64,000 bases of DNA. It comes from a virus. Its lineage: Duplodnaviria > Caudoviricetes. Below, piece after piece: positions 20,064 to 27,735 of the stretch. Location: the IMG/VR virus record IMGVR_UViG_3300026116_000035; one strand, written 5' to 3'. The position numbers were made by a program, and so were the translations under genes. Below the pieces are notes generated by a model that did not search any database, was not told the DNA's origin, and was given only the letters and a program-made list of their open reading frames with translations. Each line of letters opens with the position of its first letter. Positions within the stretch are counted from its first letter, which is position 1.

Positions 20064-20095
20064 AAGGCAGTTAATTAATTTTAACTGCCTTTTTG
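20064..20095 (+). terminator. intrinsic terminator
   Basis: AAGGCAGTTAA-ttaatt-TTAACTGCCTT perfect stem plus T tract. Confidence 0.8.
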
Positions 20096-20108
20096 TTATG
20101 ATAGCTGT

Positions 20109-20375
20109 CTATTTTTTGGATATTTGTTGATTTTGATAATATGTTTTATGTAAATTTTTGTTTTTATCATTATAAATAATAGCATTTTTTTGAAATTTAT
20201 TTATTTCATTTTTATAAAAAAGTTTATAAATAAAATTTACTATATAATCCGTAATTTTTAATTTAAATTGTTTTATTTTATATTTTATTGTAAGTAACTT
20301 TATTTTAATTTTTAAATTCGTTAGCCAAAAATTGTATTGTATTTTATTAATAATATTCAAAATTTTCATTTTCAT
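20109..20375 (-). CDS. possible Lys/Ile-rich hypothetical protein (only candidate minus-strand gene)
   Basis: Fills an otherwise empty 440-nt gap; extreme AT content makes a chance ORF possible. Confidence 0.3.
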   Translation of the reverse strand: MKMKILNIINKIQYNFWLTNLKIKIKLLTIKYKIKQFKLKITDYIVNFIYKLFYKNEINKFQKNAIIYNDKNKNLHKTYYQNQQISKK

Positions 20376-20480
20376 TGATTAAATAAATCTAATTCATTTG
20401 TTTTTTAATTTCGGTACTTATTTAATTATATATCATCATTTTAAAAGTATAAATGTTATGCATACGGATATATAATTTAT

Positions 20481-21119
20481 ATGTCAAAAATTATAATGGG
20501 TATAGATTGTTCTACGACTACTATAGGTGTATCGGTTATTGAGGAGACTGATGATGGTTATTTATTATTTAAACACGTAGAGCATTATAATCCTATAAAA
20601 AAGAATACTCATCCTTTAGATACTTTAAAATGGGTGAAAGAGTATATTTTATCTAAACTTGAAGAATTTTCGCCTGATGAAGTGGGTATAGAAGAATTCA
20701 TTAAATTTATGAAAGGTAATTCTTCGGCAGATTCTACAATTTCTTTGGCTATTATAAATAGATTAGTGTGTATGACTATTTATGAATATTTTGATAAAAA
20801 GCCTTGGATTTTAAATGTAAATACTATTAGAGCATTAATAAAACCAAAAAATTATGAATTTCCAAGAGTTTCAAAAGAACAAATTCTTCCTTTAGTTTGT
20901 AAAATATTAAATATAGAATGGAAATGGTTAAAGAACAAAAAAGGCAAAATTGAAGATTTCAATTTTGACCGCAGTGATTCTATTGCAGTATCTATAGCTT
21001 TATCATATGGTTTACGCTCTGGTAAAATTAAATCAACGAATGGTATGAAAATTAAAAAATCTAAGAAAAAAGCAATTAAAAAAGATAAACCACAAAATCG
21101 AGCGAAGAAGATGGTATAG
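20481..21119 (+). CDS. RuvC-like Holliday junction resolvase
   Basis: IMGIDCSTTTIG, VGIEE, DRSDSIAV RNase H-fold acidic residues. Confidence 0.75.
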   Translation: MSKIIMGIDCSTTTIGVSVIEETDDGYLLFKHVEHYNPIKKNTHPLDTLKWVKEYILSKLEEFSPDEVGIEEFIKFMKGNSSADSTISLAIINRLVCMTIYEYFDKKPWILNVNTIRALIKPKNYEFPRVSKEQILPLVCKILNIEWKWLKNKKGKIEDFNFDRSDSIAVSIALSYGLRSGKIKSTNGMKIKKSKKKAIKKDKPQNRAKKMV

Positions 21120-21157
21120 CTTCAATATGTGAAAATCTAAAATTAAGAGATATTTAA

Positions 21158-22090
21158 ATGAATTCACAAGAAGCTTATAAAATATTAGAATTGCAACCTT
21201 CAGCTACTCCGGAAGAAATCCAAGCTGCATTTAGAAAATTAGCTAAAAAATATCATCCAGATTTAAATAAAGATAATCCTGATGCAGAAAGTAAATTTAA
21301 AGAAATTAATTCAGCTTATCAATTATTAACAAATCCTTCTCCTAGACAACAGGATTTTAATAATTCTGTTAATATAAATTTTCAGGATCTTTTTAATCAA
21401 GCATTTGGTGGTAATCCTTTTGGCGGCGGATTCGGTGGTTTTGGTTCTAATCCTGCCCCCATTGCACCTAATAATACTACAATTTCTTTTGCTGAATCTG
21501 TTTTAGGTGTAGAAAAAGAATTAGAAATTACACAAAATCAAACTTGTGGTGTTTGTCATGGAAATGGTTCTACTTCTGATGTAAATAATTGTAATTTTTG
21601 TCAGGGTAAAGGGGCAAAACAAGCTTCATTTTCGCGTGGAGCTATGAGTTTTATTGAACAGTGCCAAAAATGTAAGGGAACTGGCAAAATTCAAAATCCG
21701 TGTAAACCTTGTGAGGAAAAAGGATTTACATCGATTAAAATGAACAAAAAAATTAAAATTCCTGGTGGTGTATTAAATAATAATGTATTAAAAATTCCTG
21801 GTGGATTTATTAAAATAAATGTAGAAGCTGATTCTGATATGAGATTGGAAGATGGTAATGTAGTTTCCGATATAAATATTTCTCTTTTAGAAGCTTTAAA
21901 GGGAACGTTAAAACCTGTAAAAACGGTAAAAGGGGAAATGAATTTAAAAATACCCGCAAATATTAAAAATGGAAATTCTGTACAGGTACATGGGTATGGA
22001 GTTGAGGGACATGGTAGTCATATTTTTAATATAAGTGTAAATTACCCACAGGATACTCAAAAATTAATTGAGTTGCTTGAGAGTGAGTAA
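21158..22090 (+). CDS. dnaJ: DnaJ chaperone
   Basis: J domain with HPD, G/F-rich linker, four CxxCxGxG-type repeats, C-terminal domain. Confidence 0.92.
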   Translation: MNSQEAYKILELQPSATPEEIQAAFRKLAKKYHPDLNKDNPDAESKFKEINSAYQLLTNPSPRQQDFNNSVNINFQDLFNQAFGGNPFGGGFGGFGSNPAPIAPNNTTISFAESVLGVEKELEITQNQTCGVCHGNGSTSDVNNCNFCQGKGAKQASFSRGAMSFIEQCQKCKGTGKIQNPCKPCEEKGFTSIKMNKKIKIPGGVLNNNVLKIPGGFIKINVEADSDMRLEDGNVVSDINISLLEALKGTLKPVKTVKGEMNLKIPANIKNGNSVQVHGYGVEGHGSHIFNISVNYPQDTQKLIELLESE

Positions 22091-22334
22091 ATTGGATTCT
22101 GTAATAAATGAAATTATTGAATACTTAAATCATAGATTTGAATTAATTATAATAAGTAACTATGGTAAAACTTATACCTGTAATAGGTGTAATTGTAAAG
22201 TTGATAAGTTTATAGATACTCCATATTATAAATCGAATAAAAATCAATATTGGCTTCATGATATTTATGGCAAACCGTATAAAATATTAAATTTAACTTG
22301 CGATGAAATGATAATTAAAAATATAGTGGAATAA
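22068..22334 (+). CDS. IIKNIIE-tail zinc-binding protein, array B #1
   Basis: YLNH...CNRC...NLTCDEMIIKNIVE; start uncertain (TTG 22068, GTG 22083 or TTG 22092). Confidence 0.75.
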   Translation: MSCLRVSKLDSVINEIIEYLNHRFELIIISNYGKTYTCNRCNCKVDKFIDTPYYKSNKNQYWLHDIYGKPYKILNLTCDEMIIKNIVE

Positions 22335-22336
22335 AT

Positions 22337-22573
22337 ATGTTATCAAATTTTGAATATTTAGGACATAATTTTTCACCTTTAACTAAAACCACTTGTTACG
22401 TTACTTATTTTTGTTTAAAGTGTAATTGTAAAATTAGTAAATGTGAAATTGGAATACCGTATAGTAATGTAAAAGAGGATAAATATTGGGTTTGTTTTAA
22501 TCAATTGTATGTATTCCATAACTCATTAAATTTAACTTGTGATGAAATAATAATTAAAAATATAATAGAATAA
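22337..22573 (+). CDS. IIKNIIE-tail zinc-binding protein, array B #2
   Basis: YLGH...CLKC...NLTCDEIIIKNIIE. Confidence 0.8.
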   Translation: MLSNFEYLGHNFSPLTKTTCYVTYFCLKCNCKISKCEIGIPYSNVKEDKYWVCFNQLYVFHNSLNLTCDEIIIKNIIE

Positions 22574-22779
22574 TGAATAAAATTATTTTAGGCCATGAAT
22601 TACAATTATTACATAAAACTTATGGTCTATATACTTATATATGTGTTAAATGTAATTCTCATATTCAATCTTTTTTGCGTAGTAATAGTAAACACGAGTA
22701 TTATATTTATGGAATAAATTATTTTAGAGATTTAGATTTAACTTGTGATGAAGTAATAATTAAAAATATAATAGAATGA
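22573..22779 (+). CDS. IIKNIIE-tail zinc-binding protein, array B #3
   Basis: ILGH...CVKC...DLTCDEVIIKNIIE. Confidence 0.8.
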   Translation: MNKIILGHELQLLHKTYGLYTYICVKCNSHIQSFLRSNSKHEYYIYGINYFRDLDLTCDEVIIKNIIE

Positions 22780-23009
22780 ATATAAACACAGACCACGAAT
22801 ATTTAGGTCACATTTGTAAAATCATAAATAAACGTACTTATTATACTGTATTTTTATGTTTGAGGTGTGGTTATAAGTTTACGCTCTATCCAAAAAATAC
22901 TGTATATAATTATAGAATGGAAGATGAATATTTAATTTATTTAGATGGAACATATGGGCCACTGAAGTTAACTTGTGATGAAATGATAATTAAGAATATA
23001 TTAGAATAA
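22776..23009 (+). CDS. IIKNIIE-tail zinc-binding protein, array B #4
   Basis: YLGH...CLRC...KLTCDEMIIKNILE. Confidence 0.8.
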   Translation: MNINTDHEYLGHICKIINKRTYYTVFLCLRCGYKFTLYPKNTVYNYRMEDEYLIYLDGTYGPLKLTCDEMIIKNILE

Positions 23010-23236
23010 TGAAACCAAATATTGAATATTTAGGTCATAGATTTATTTTTAAAAATTCTTTAGCAGAATATGATAGATATAGCTGTGAAATATGTGATTC
23101 AATATATATTATACATACTGAATTATATTTAATGTGTCATAAAACCGCCACGAGGTATAAAATTTATGATATTCATTTGGATAAAATAAATAAATTAACG
23201 TGTGATGAAGTTCTTATTAAAAATATAATAGAATAA
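23009..23236 (+). CDS. IIKNIIE-tail zinc-binding protein, array B #5
   Basis: YLGH...CEIC...KLTCDEVLIKNIIE. Confidence 0.8.
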   Translation: MKPNIEYLGHRFIFKNSLAEYDRYSCEICDSIYIIHTELYLMCHKTATRYKIYDIHLDKINKLTCDEVLIKNIIE

Positions 23237-23475
23237 TGCTTAATTATTTAAATCATAATTTTAGTTCATATTATCAATCATATGTTAAAATTTTTAAATT
23301 TACTAATAAAGATAAAAATTATATAATTTCATTTTATTATTGTGATAAATGTCATATTAGATGTTTTAACAGAGAAAATGACAGTAGTTGGTATTATTGG
23401 GATGATAGTAAAACATCTTATCAATTGTTAAAATTAACATGTGATGAAATGATTATTAGTAATATTACAGGATAG
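23236..23475 (+). CDS. IIKNIIE-tail zinc-binding protein, array B #6 (degenerate tail)
   Basis: YLNH...CDKC...KLTCDEMIISNITG. Confidence 0.75.
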   Translation: MLNYLNHNFSSYYQSYVKIFKFTNKDKNYIISFYYCDKCHIRCFNRENDSSWYYWDDSKTSYQLLKLTCDEMIISNITG

Positions 23476-23707
23476 TTACGTTTGATGAAAATTACTTAAA
23501 TCATAATTTTATATTAATTGAAAAAAAATCCTGAATTTTTTAAAAATATAAAATATAAAATATTCTAGTTATCATTGTGAAAAATGTAATATTGTAGTAG
23601 ATAGTCATAATACACATCCTGCTATTCCATATTCAGTTATTGATGATTTATATGTTAAATTAATTTTTACTTGCGAAGAAATAATAATTAAAAATATAGT
23701 AGAATGA
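23472..23707 (+). pseudogene. disrupted array B #7, not in ORF track
   Basis: YLNHNFILIEK in one frame, YSSYHCEKC...IFTCEEIIIKNIVE* in another; an A8 run and a tandem AAATATA copy break the frame; no ATG. Confidence 0.8.
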
Positions 23708-23931
23708 TGCCATTAGTAGATATCGAACATTTGGGGCATAAATTTAAATTAATTTATGAAGATTGGATTTGTTATTCTTATTTATGCGAAAAATGTAATT
23801 GTGTAGTAGATCTTTATATAAATAATCATGCTAAATATGATAATTTGCTTTTAATGTATGATAATGATAAATATTATGAAAAGTTAAATTTAACTTGTGA
23901 TGAAATAATTATTAAAAACATAATAGAATGA
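23704..23931 (+). CDS. IIKNIIE-tail zinc-binding protein, array B #8
   Basis: HLGH...CEKC...NLTCDEIIIKNIIE. Confidence 0.8.
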   Translation: MMPLVDIEHLGHKFKLIYEDWICYSYLCEKCNCVVDLYINNHAKYDNLLLMYDNDKYYEKLNLTCDEIIIKNIIE

Positions 23932-24158
23932 TAAATTTAGCTGAAATTAAATATTTAGAACATAAATTTGAATGTATATCAACAAATATAAATTATACTT
24001 ATTTATGTAAAAAATGTAATTGCGTTGCTTATCTTAATATAAATGATAAAATTCCTTATGAAAAAATAGTTTTGAAAGTTATTGATACGAGTAATAAAAA
24101 ATTAATTAATTTAAATTTAACTTGCGATGAATGGATTATTAAAAATATCATAGAATGA
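23928..24158 (+). CDS. IIKNIIE-tail zinc-binding protein, array B #9
   Basis: YLEH...CKKC...NLTCDEWIIKNIIE. Confidence 0.8.
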   Translation: MINLAEIKYLEHKFECISTNINYTYLCKKCNCVAYLNINDKIPYEKIVLKVIDTSNKKLINLNLTCDEWIIKNIIE

Positions 24159-24358
24159 AGTATTTAACCCACGAATTAAGTCCATGTAGTATATATGGAC
24201 TTGAGCAATTTGGTTATAAATGCAATATTTGTAATGTAATATTATATTTTTCAATACAAGGAAATTATTATTTAATTAGAAATGATATAAATTATATTGA
24301 AAGTGATGTATTTTTGTTTACTTGTAATGAATGGATTATTAAAAAAATAATTGATTAA
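24155..24358 (+). CDS. IIKNIIE-tail zinc-binding protein, array B #10
   Basis: YLTH...CNIC...LFTCNEWIIKKIID. Confidence 0.8.
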   Translation: MKYLTHELSPCSIYGLEQFGYKCNICNVILYFSIQGNYYLIRNDINYIESDVFLFTCNEWIIKKIID

Positions 24359-24568
24359 ATGAAAAAATATTTAACTCATACATTAAACCCAACTAAAATT
24401 TATGGTCCATATAATGACCATGATTATAAATGTAATATTTGTGGAGTGTATTTACTTGAAGATTACTTTGGTAAATTTTTATTAATTACAAATAATGGAA
24501 ATGATGTTGAAGATGATAAATTTTCACTTACTTGCGATGAATGGATTATTAGAAATATAATAGAATGA
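24359..24568 (+). CDS. IIKNIIE-tail zinc-binding protein, array B #11
   Basis: YLTH...CNIC...SLTCDEWIIRNIIE. Confidence 0.8.
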   Translation: MKKYLTHTLNPTKIYGPYNDHDYKCNICGVYLLEDYFGKFLLITNNGNDVEDDKFSLTCDEWIIRNIIE

Positions 24569-24771
24569 AATACCTAACGCATAAATTAAGTCAATGTCAC
24601 ATATATGGCACTAATAACACTTCTGATTATAAATGTGATGTTTGTGGCGTAATATTATATTTAAATTCAATGGGTAATTATAAATTAATTACAAATAATG
24701 GAAATAATGTTAAATCTAATATATTTTTGCTAACTTGTGACGAATGGATTATTAGAAAAATAATAGAATGA
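24565..24771 (+). CDS. IIKNIIE-tail zinc-binding protein, array B #12
   Basis: YLTH...CDVC...LLTCDEWIIRKIIE. Confidence 0.8.
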   Translation: MKYLTHKLSQCHIYGTNNTSDYKCDVCGVILYLNSMGNYKLITNNGNNVKSNIFLLTCDEWIIRKIIE

Positions 24772-24971
24772 AATACTTAACTCATCAATTAAGCTAATGT
24801 AAAATTTATGGTACAGATAATATCTATGATTATAAATGTGATATCTGTGGAGTATATTTGCTCAAGAATCATTCAGAATTTTATTTAATTACTGATAATG
24901 GAAACAATGTAAAATTAACTGAATTTGTATTAACTTGCGATGAAGTTATTATCAAAAAGATTATAGAATGA
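24768..24971 (+). pseudogene. array B #13 with a single nonsense codon, not in ORF track
   Basis: MKYLTHQLS*CKIYG...CDIC...VLTCDEVIIKKIIE*; TAA at 24795-24797 where paralogue #14 has CAA. Confidence 0.85.
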
Positions 24972-25174
24972 AATATTTAACTCATCAATTAAGCCAATGT
25001 AAAATTTATGGCTTTAATAAAAATTATGATTTTAAATGTGATATTTGTGATATAATGTTGTATCAGGATATGAATGGGAATTATTATTTAATTACGAAAA
25101 ATGGAACTAAAGTTGAAAATACTATATCATTTGTTACCTGTGACGAATGGATTATTAGAAAAATAATTGATTAA
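24968..25174 (+). CDS. IIKNIIE-tail zinc-binding protein, array B #14
   Basis: YLTH...CDIC...FVTCDEWIIRKIID. Confidence 0.8.
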   Translation: MKYLTHQLSQCKIYGFNKNYDFKCDICDIMLYQDMNGNYYLITKNGTKVENTISFVTCDEWIIRKIID

Positions 25175-25402
25175 ATGGATAATATAGACATTCCAGTTAA
25201 ATCTAAATTTAATTATTTGACTCATAAATTTGTTTTAGAAATCAAAGGTAATGCATATTGTATGTATATTTGTGAGAAATGTAATTGTAAAGTATATTCT
25301 ATGTATAATAGTAATGAAATATATGATTATTCAGCATTATATCCAGGTATTAAATTTACTCTTACCTGCGATGAATATATGATCAAATCAATAATAGAAT
25401 AA
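25175..25402 (+). CDS. IIKNIIE-tail zinc-binding protein, array B #15
   Basis: YLTH...CEKC...TLTCDEYMIKSIIE. Confidence 0.8.
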   Translation: MDNIDIPVKSKFNYLTHKFVLEIKGNAYCMYICEKCNCKVYSMYNSNEIYDYSALYPGIKFTLTCDEYMIKSIIE

Positions 25403-25403
25403 T

Positions 25404-25634
25404 ATGAAAGATTTAAAATATAAGAAATTTGTTCGTTTAGGACATAAATTTTTATGGTCTCAAGTAACATTTTTCTTAGAAACTCGGGAAGATATTTATA
25501 TTTGTGAAAAATGTAATTATAAAATTCTGATATTTGATAATAATTTAGATTATTTATCTGATTTAAACTCATTTGATTTTAGTCAATTAAAATTATATTG
25601 CAATGAATATATAATTAAATCAATTATAGAATAA
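25404..25634 (+). CDS. IIKNIIE-tail zinc-binding protein, array B #16
   Basis: RLGH...CEKC...KLYCNEYIIKSIIE. Confidence 0.8.
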   Translation: MKDLKYKKFVRLGHKFLWSQVTFFLETREDIYICEKCNYKILIFDNNLDYLSDLNSFDFSQLKLYCNEYIIKSIIE

Positions 25635-25636
25635 AT

Positions 25637-25861
25637 ATGTCAGTTACAAATCAAAAATCATTTAAATATCTAGATCATTATTTTATTTACTTTGATACAT
25701 GTGATAATTTTTATGATATTTATATTTGTGAAAAATGTAATTGCAAAGTGGATATATCTGGTAATGATTGTAATCGATTATATTATTCAGAAGAAAAGTT
25801 TAAATTGATTTTATTTACATTAACCTGCACTGAATATATTATCAAATCCATAATAGATTAA
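25637..25861 (+). CDS. IIKNIIE-tail zinc-binding protein, array B #17
   Basis: YLDH...CEKC...TLTCTEYIIKSIID. Confidence 0.8.
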   Translation: MSVTNQKSFKYLDHYFIYFDTCDNFYDIYICEKCNCKVDISGNDCNRLYYSEEKFKLILFTLTCTEYIIKSIID

Positions 25862-25870
25862 GGAAATTAA

Positions 25871-26197
25871 ATGTTTAGAATATATTGTACTAATAAAGGC
25901 TGCGGCAAAGAAAATGAAGCCGTCTTAAATACCGAAAATAACGAAGTTGAATGTATTGAGTGTGGCAAAAATATCACAGTCCCTCATTCTACCAAAATCT
26001 CTATGAAAGGTCTCGGTCAAATTAAACGTACGAAAAAAAGCGAGAAAGCCTTCGCTGTAGAATGTAAAAAATGTAACAAAGTTTGCGTCCCATCAGTTGA
26101 CCAAAATAATAAAATAATATGCTCGAATTGCAAAAATGTTTTAGATAATATTTCAGCTCCTTTTGCTACCTTAATTCGAGAAAAAATTAAAAAATAA
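25871..26197 (+). CDS. double zinc-ribbon protein
   Basis: CTNKGC, CIEC, CKKC, CSNC; AAGGA RBS; lacks the family tail. Confidence 0.8.
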   Translation: MFRIYCTNKGCGKENEAVLNTENNEVECIECGKNITVPHSTKISMKGLGQIKRTKKSEKAFAVECKKCNKVCVPSVDQNNKIICSNCKNVLDNISAPFATLIREKIKK

Positions 26198-26207
26198 AGA
26201 TTTATAA

Positions 26208-26279
26208 ATGGATTTAATTATTGTTTTTGCGGGTATTATTCTATTTCTTTCTCTCATATTTAAAAAAAGCCGAGATTAA
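26208..26279 (+). CDS. 23-aa membrane peptide (MDLIIVFAGIILFLSLIFKKSRD), not in ORF track
   Basis: One hydrophobic helix plus basic tail; fills the gap exactly. Confidence 0.4.
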   Translation: MDLIIVFAGIILFLSLIFKKSRD

Positions 26280-26282
26280 GTA

Positions 26283-26495
26283 ATGGAATACATTGAATAT
26301 ATAGACGAAGAAACAAAAAGTAAGCATGTAATTTACAAAGATCCATTAAGTTCCATTATAAGTGGTAATATTATTTATAATTGTAAATATTGTGAATTCG
26401 TATTAGTACATTTGGCGACTTTAGATATTAAAGTTAATAATAAATATCATTGTTTAAATGATGAAGAAAAAATTATTAAAGATTTAATTGATTAA
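26283..26495 (+). CDS. IIKNIIE-tail zinc-binding protein, array C #1
   Basis: KH...CKYC...HCLNDEEKIIKDLID. Confidence 0.8.
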   Translation: MEYIEYIDEETKSKHVIYKDPLSSIISGNIIYNCKYCEFVLVHLATLDIKVNNKYHCLNDEEKIIKDLID

Positions 26496-26497
26496 AT

Positions 26498-26722
26498 ATG
26501 GAATATATCGAATATATAGACGATCAAACTAAAGATAAACATTTGATTTATTGTGCAACTTCTCATGGAGCGGCACAGGTATATAATTGTAAATATTGTA
26601 ATTTTAAATTAACATATGTTTTTATTTTTGATCGTAAACTTAAAAAATTACGTAATACATATATTACAAGTAGTATATGTTTAACTAATGAAGAAAGAAT
26701 TATAATAGATATAATAAATTAA
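26498..26722 (+). CDS. IIKNIIE-tail zinc-binding protein, array C #2
   Basis: KH...CKYC...ICLTNEERIIIDIIN. Confidence 0.8.
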   Translation: MEYIEYIDDQTKDKHLIYCATSHGAAQVYNCKYCNFKLTYVFIFDRKLKKLRNTYITSSICLTNEERIIIDIIN

Positions 26723-26923
26723 ATGAAATATATTAAATATACAGATGAAACAACTGGCGAACATTTAATTTATAAAGTTATCAGTATTAAATTATTTGAT
26801 ATGTATCATTGTAAATATTGTAATTATATATTATATGAATCAACTACAAGAAATTTAAGAGCAGGCTCTAATGTTTTCTGTCTTTCTAATGAAGAAAAAA
26901 TAATAAAAGATATAATTGAATGA
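26723..26923 (+). CDS. IIKNIIE-tail zinc-binding protein, array C #3
   Basis: EH...CKYC...FCLSNEEKIIKDIIE; overlaps primase start. Confidence 0.8.
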   Translation: MKYIKYTDETTGEHLIYKVISIKLFDMYHCKYCNYILYESTTRNLRAGSNVFCLSNEEKIIKDIIE

Positions 26924-27711
26924 ATTGTATTGAATTATCTAAACAAATAATATTTAAATCTGAACTATTTGCCGAAGTTATGAGTGCTTGTTCCACTCTA
27001 TTAAAATATCACCCAATTGCCGAAAATGCCAGAAATTATCTAAATCAAAGATGTTCACCCCATTATCAAAAAGAATTTAATTTTGGTTATTTCCCTAAAC
27101 TCTCTGAATTAACTCATCTACTTAATTTATTAGATGATGGTGAAAATAAACTAAATAAATTAGGCCTTCTATATAAAAGAGATTTTCTAACCGATGGTAT
27201 CTTTCTAAAAGAAAATTCGTTACCATTAGAAAATCATAACCTAATTCTACCATATAAAAATCTTTATGGGGATATTATTGCACTTGTAGGTAGAACTTTA
27301 TTACCTAAAGAACAACAAATTAATATATCCAAATACAAAAATACTGAATTTAAAAAAAATAAACATCTTTTCGGTCTATATAAATCTAAAAAAGCTATTC
27401 TTCAAAAAAATGCAGTATTTATCGTAGAAGGTCAATTCGATTTCATTTCTTGCTATAGACATGGTTTCCATAATGCTGTAGCTGTAGGTAACGCCAATTT
27501 AAGTAAAAATCAATTCTATATATTAAAAAGATACACTAATAACTTGTATTTTGTGTTTGATAATGATGATGCCGGTAAAAAAGGATTCGAAAAAGCTAAA
27601 TTAAAATATTCTAATAATGCTAATATTCAAAAAATTATTATTCCTAAAGAATTTAAGGATATAGATGAATATTTAAATAATAGCCCAAATCATGATATAT
27701 TAGAATTATAA
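26920..27711 (+). CDS. dnaG: DnaG-type primase catalytic core (Toprim), lacking the zinc-binding domain
   Basis: NYLNQR..FNFGYFP, LILPYKN..GDIIALVGRTL, KYKNT..FKKNKHLFGL, IVEGQFD, FDNDDAG, KDIDE. Confidence 0.88.
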   Translation: MNCIELSKQIIFKSELFAEVMSACSTLLKYHPIAENARNYLNQRCSPHYQKEFNFGYFPKLSELTHLLNLLDDGENKLNKLGLLYKRDFLTDGIFLKENSLPLENHNLILPYKNLYGDIIALVGRTLLPKEQQINISKYKNTEFKKNKHLFGLYKSKKAILQKNAVFIVEGQFDFISCYRHGFHNAVAVGNANLSKNQFYILKRYTNNLYFVFDNDDAGKKGFEKAKLKYSNNANIQKIIIPKEFKDIDEYLNNSPNHDILEL

Positions 27712-27735
27712 TATTTATTTTCACAGAGGAGTTTA

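Noticed and set aside
22068-25861. CRISPR array or integron cassette array as explanation for the periodic ~40-bp repeats
   Set aside because: Repeats are in-frame coding tails with synonymous variation, the spacing is whole genes (200-270 nt), and I saw no palindromic CRISPR repeat, attC-like core sites, cas operon or integrase
14986-26923. Diversity-generating retroelement acting on the arrays
   Set aside because: No reverse transcriptase or template/variable repeat pair in the window; differences include indels and non-adenine positions
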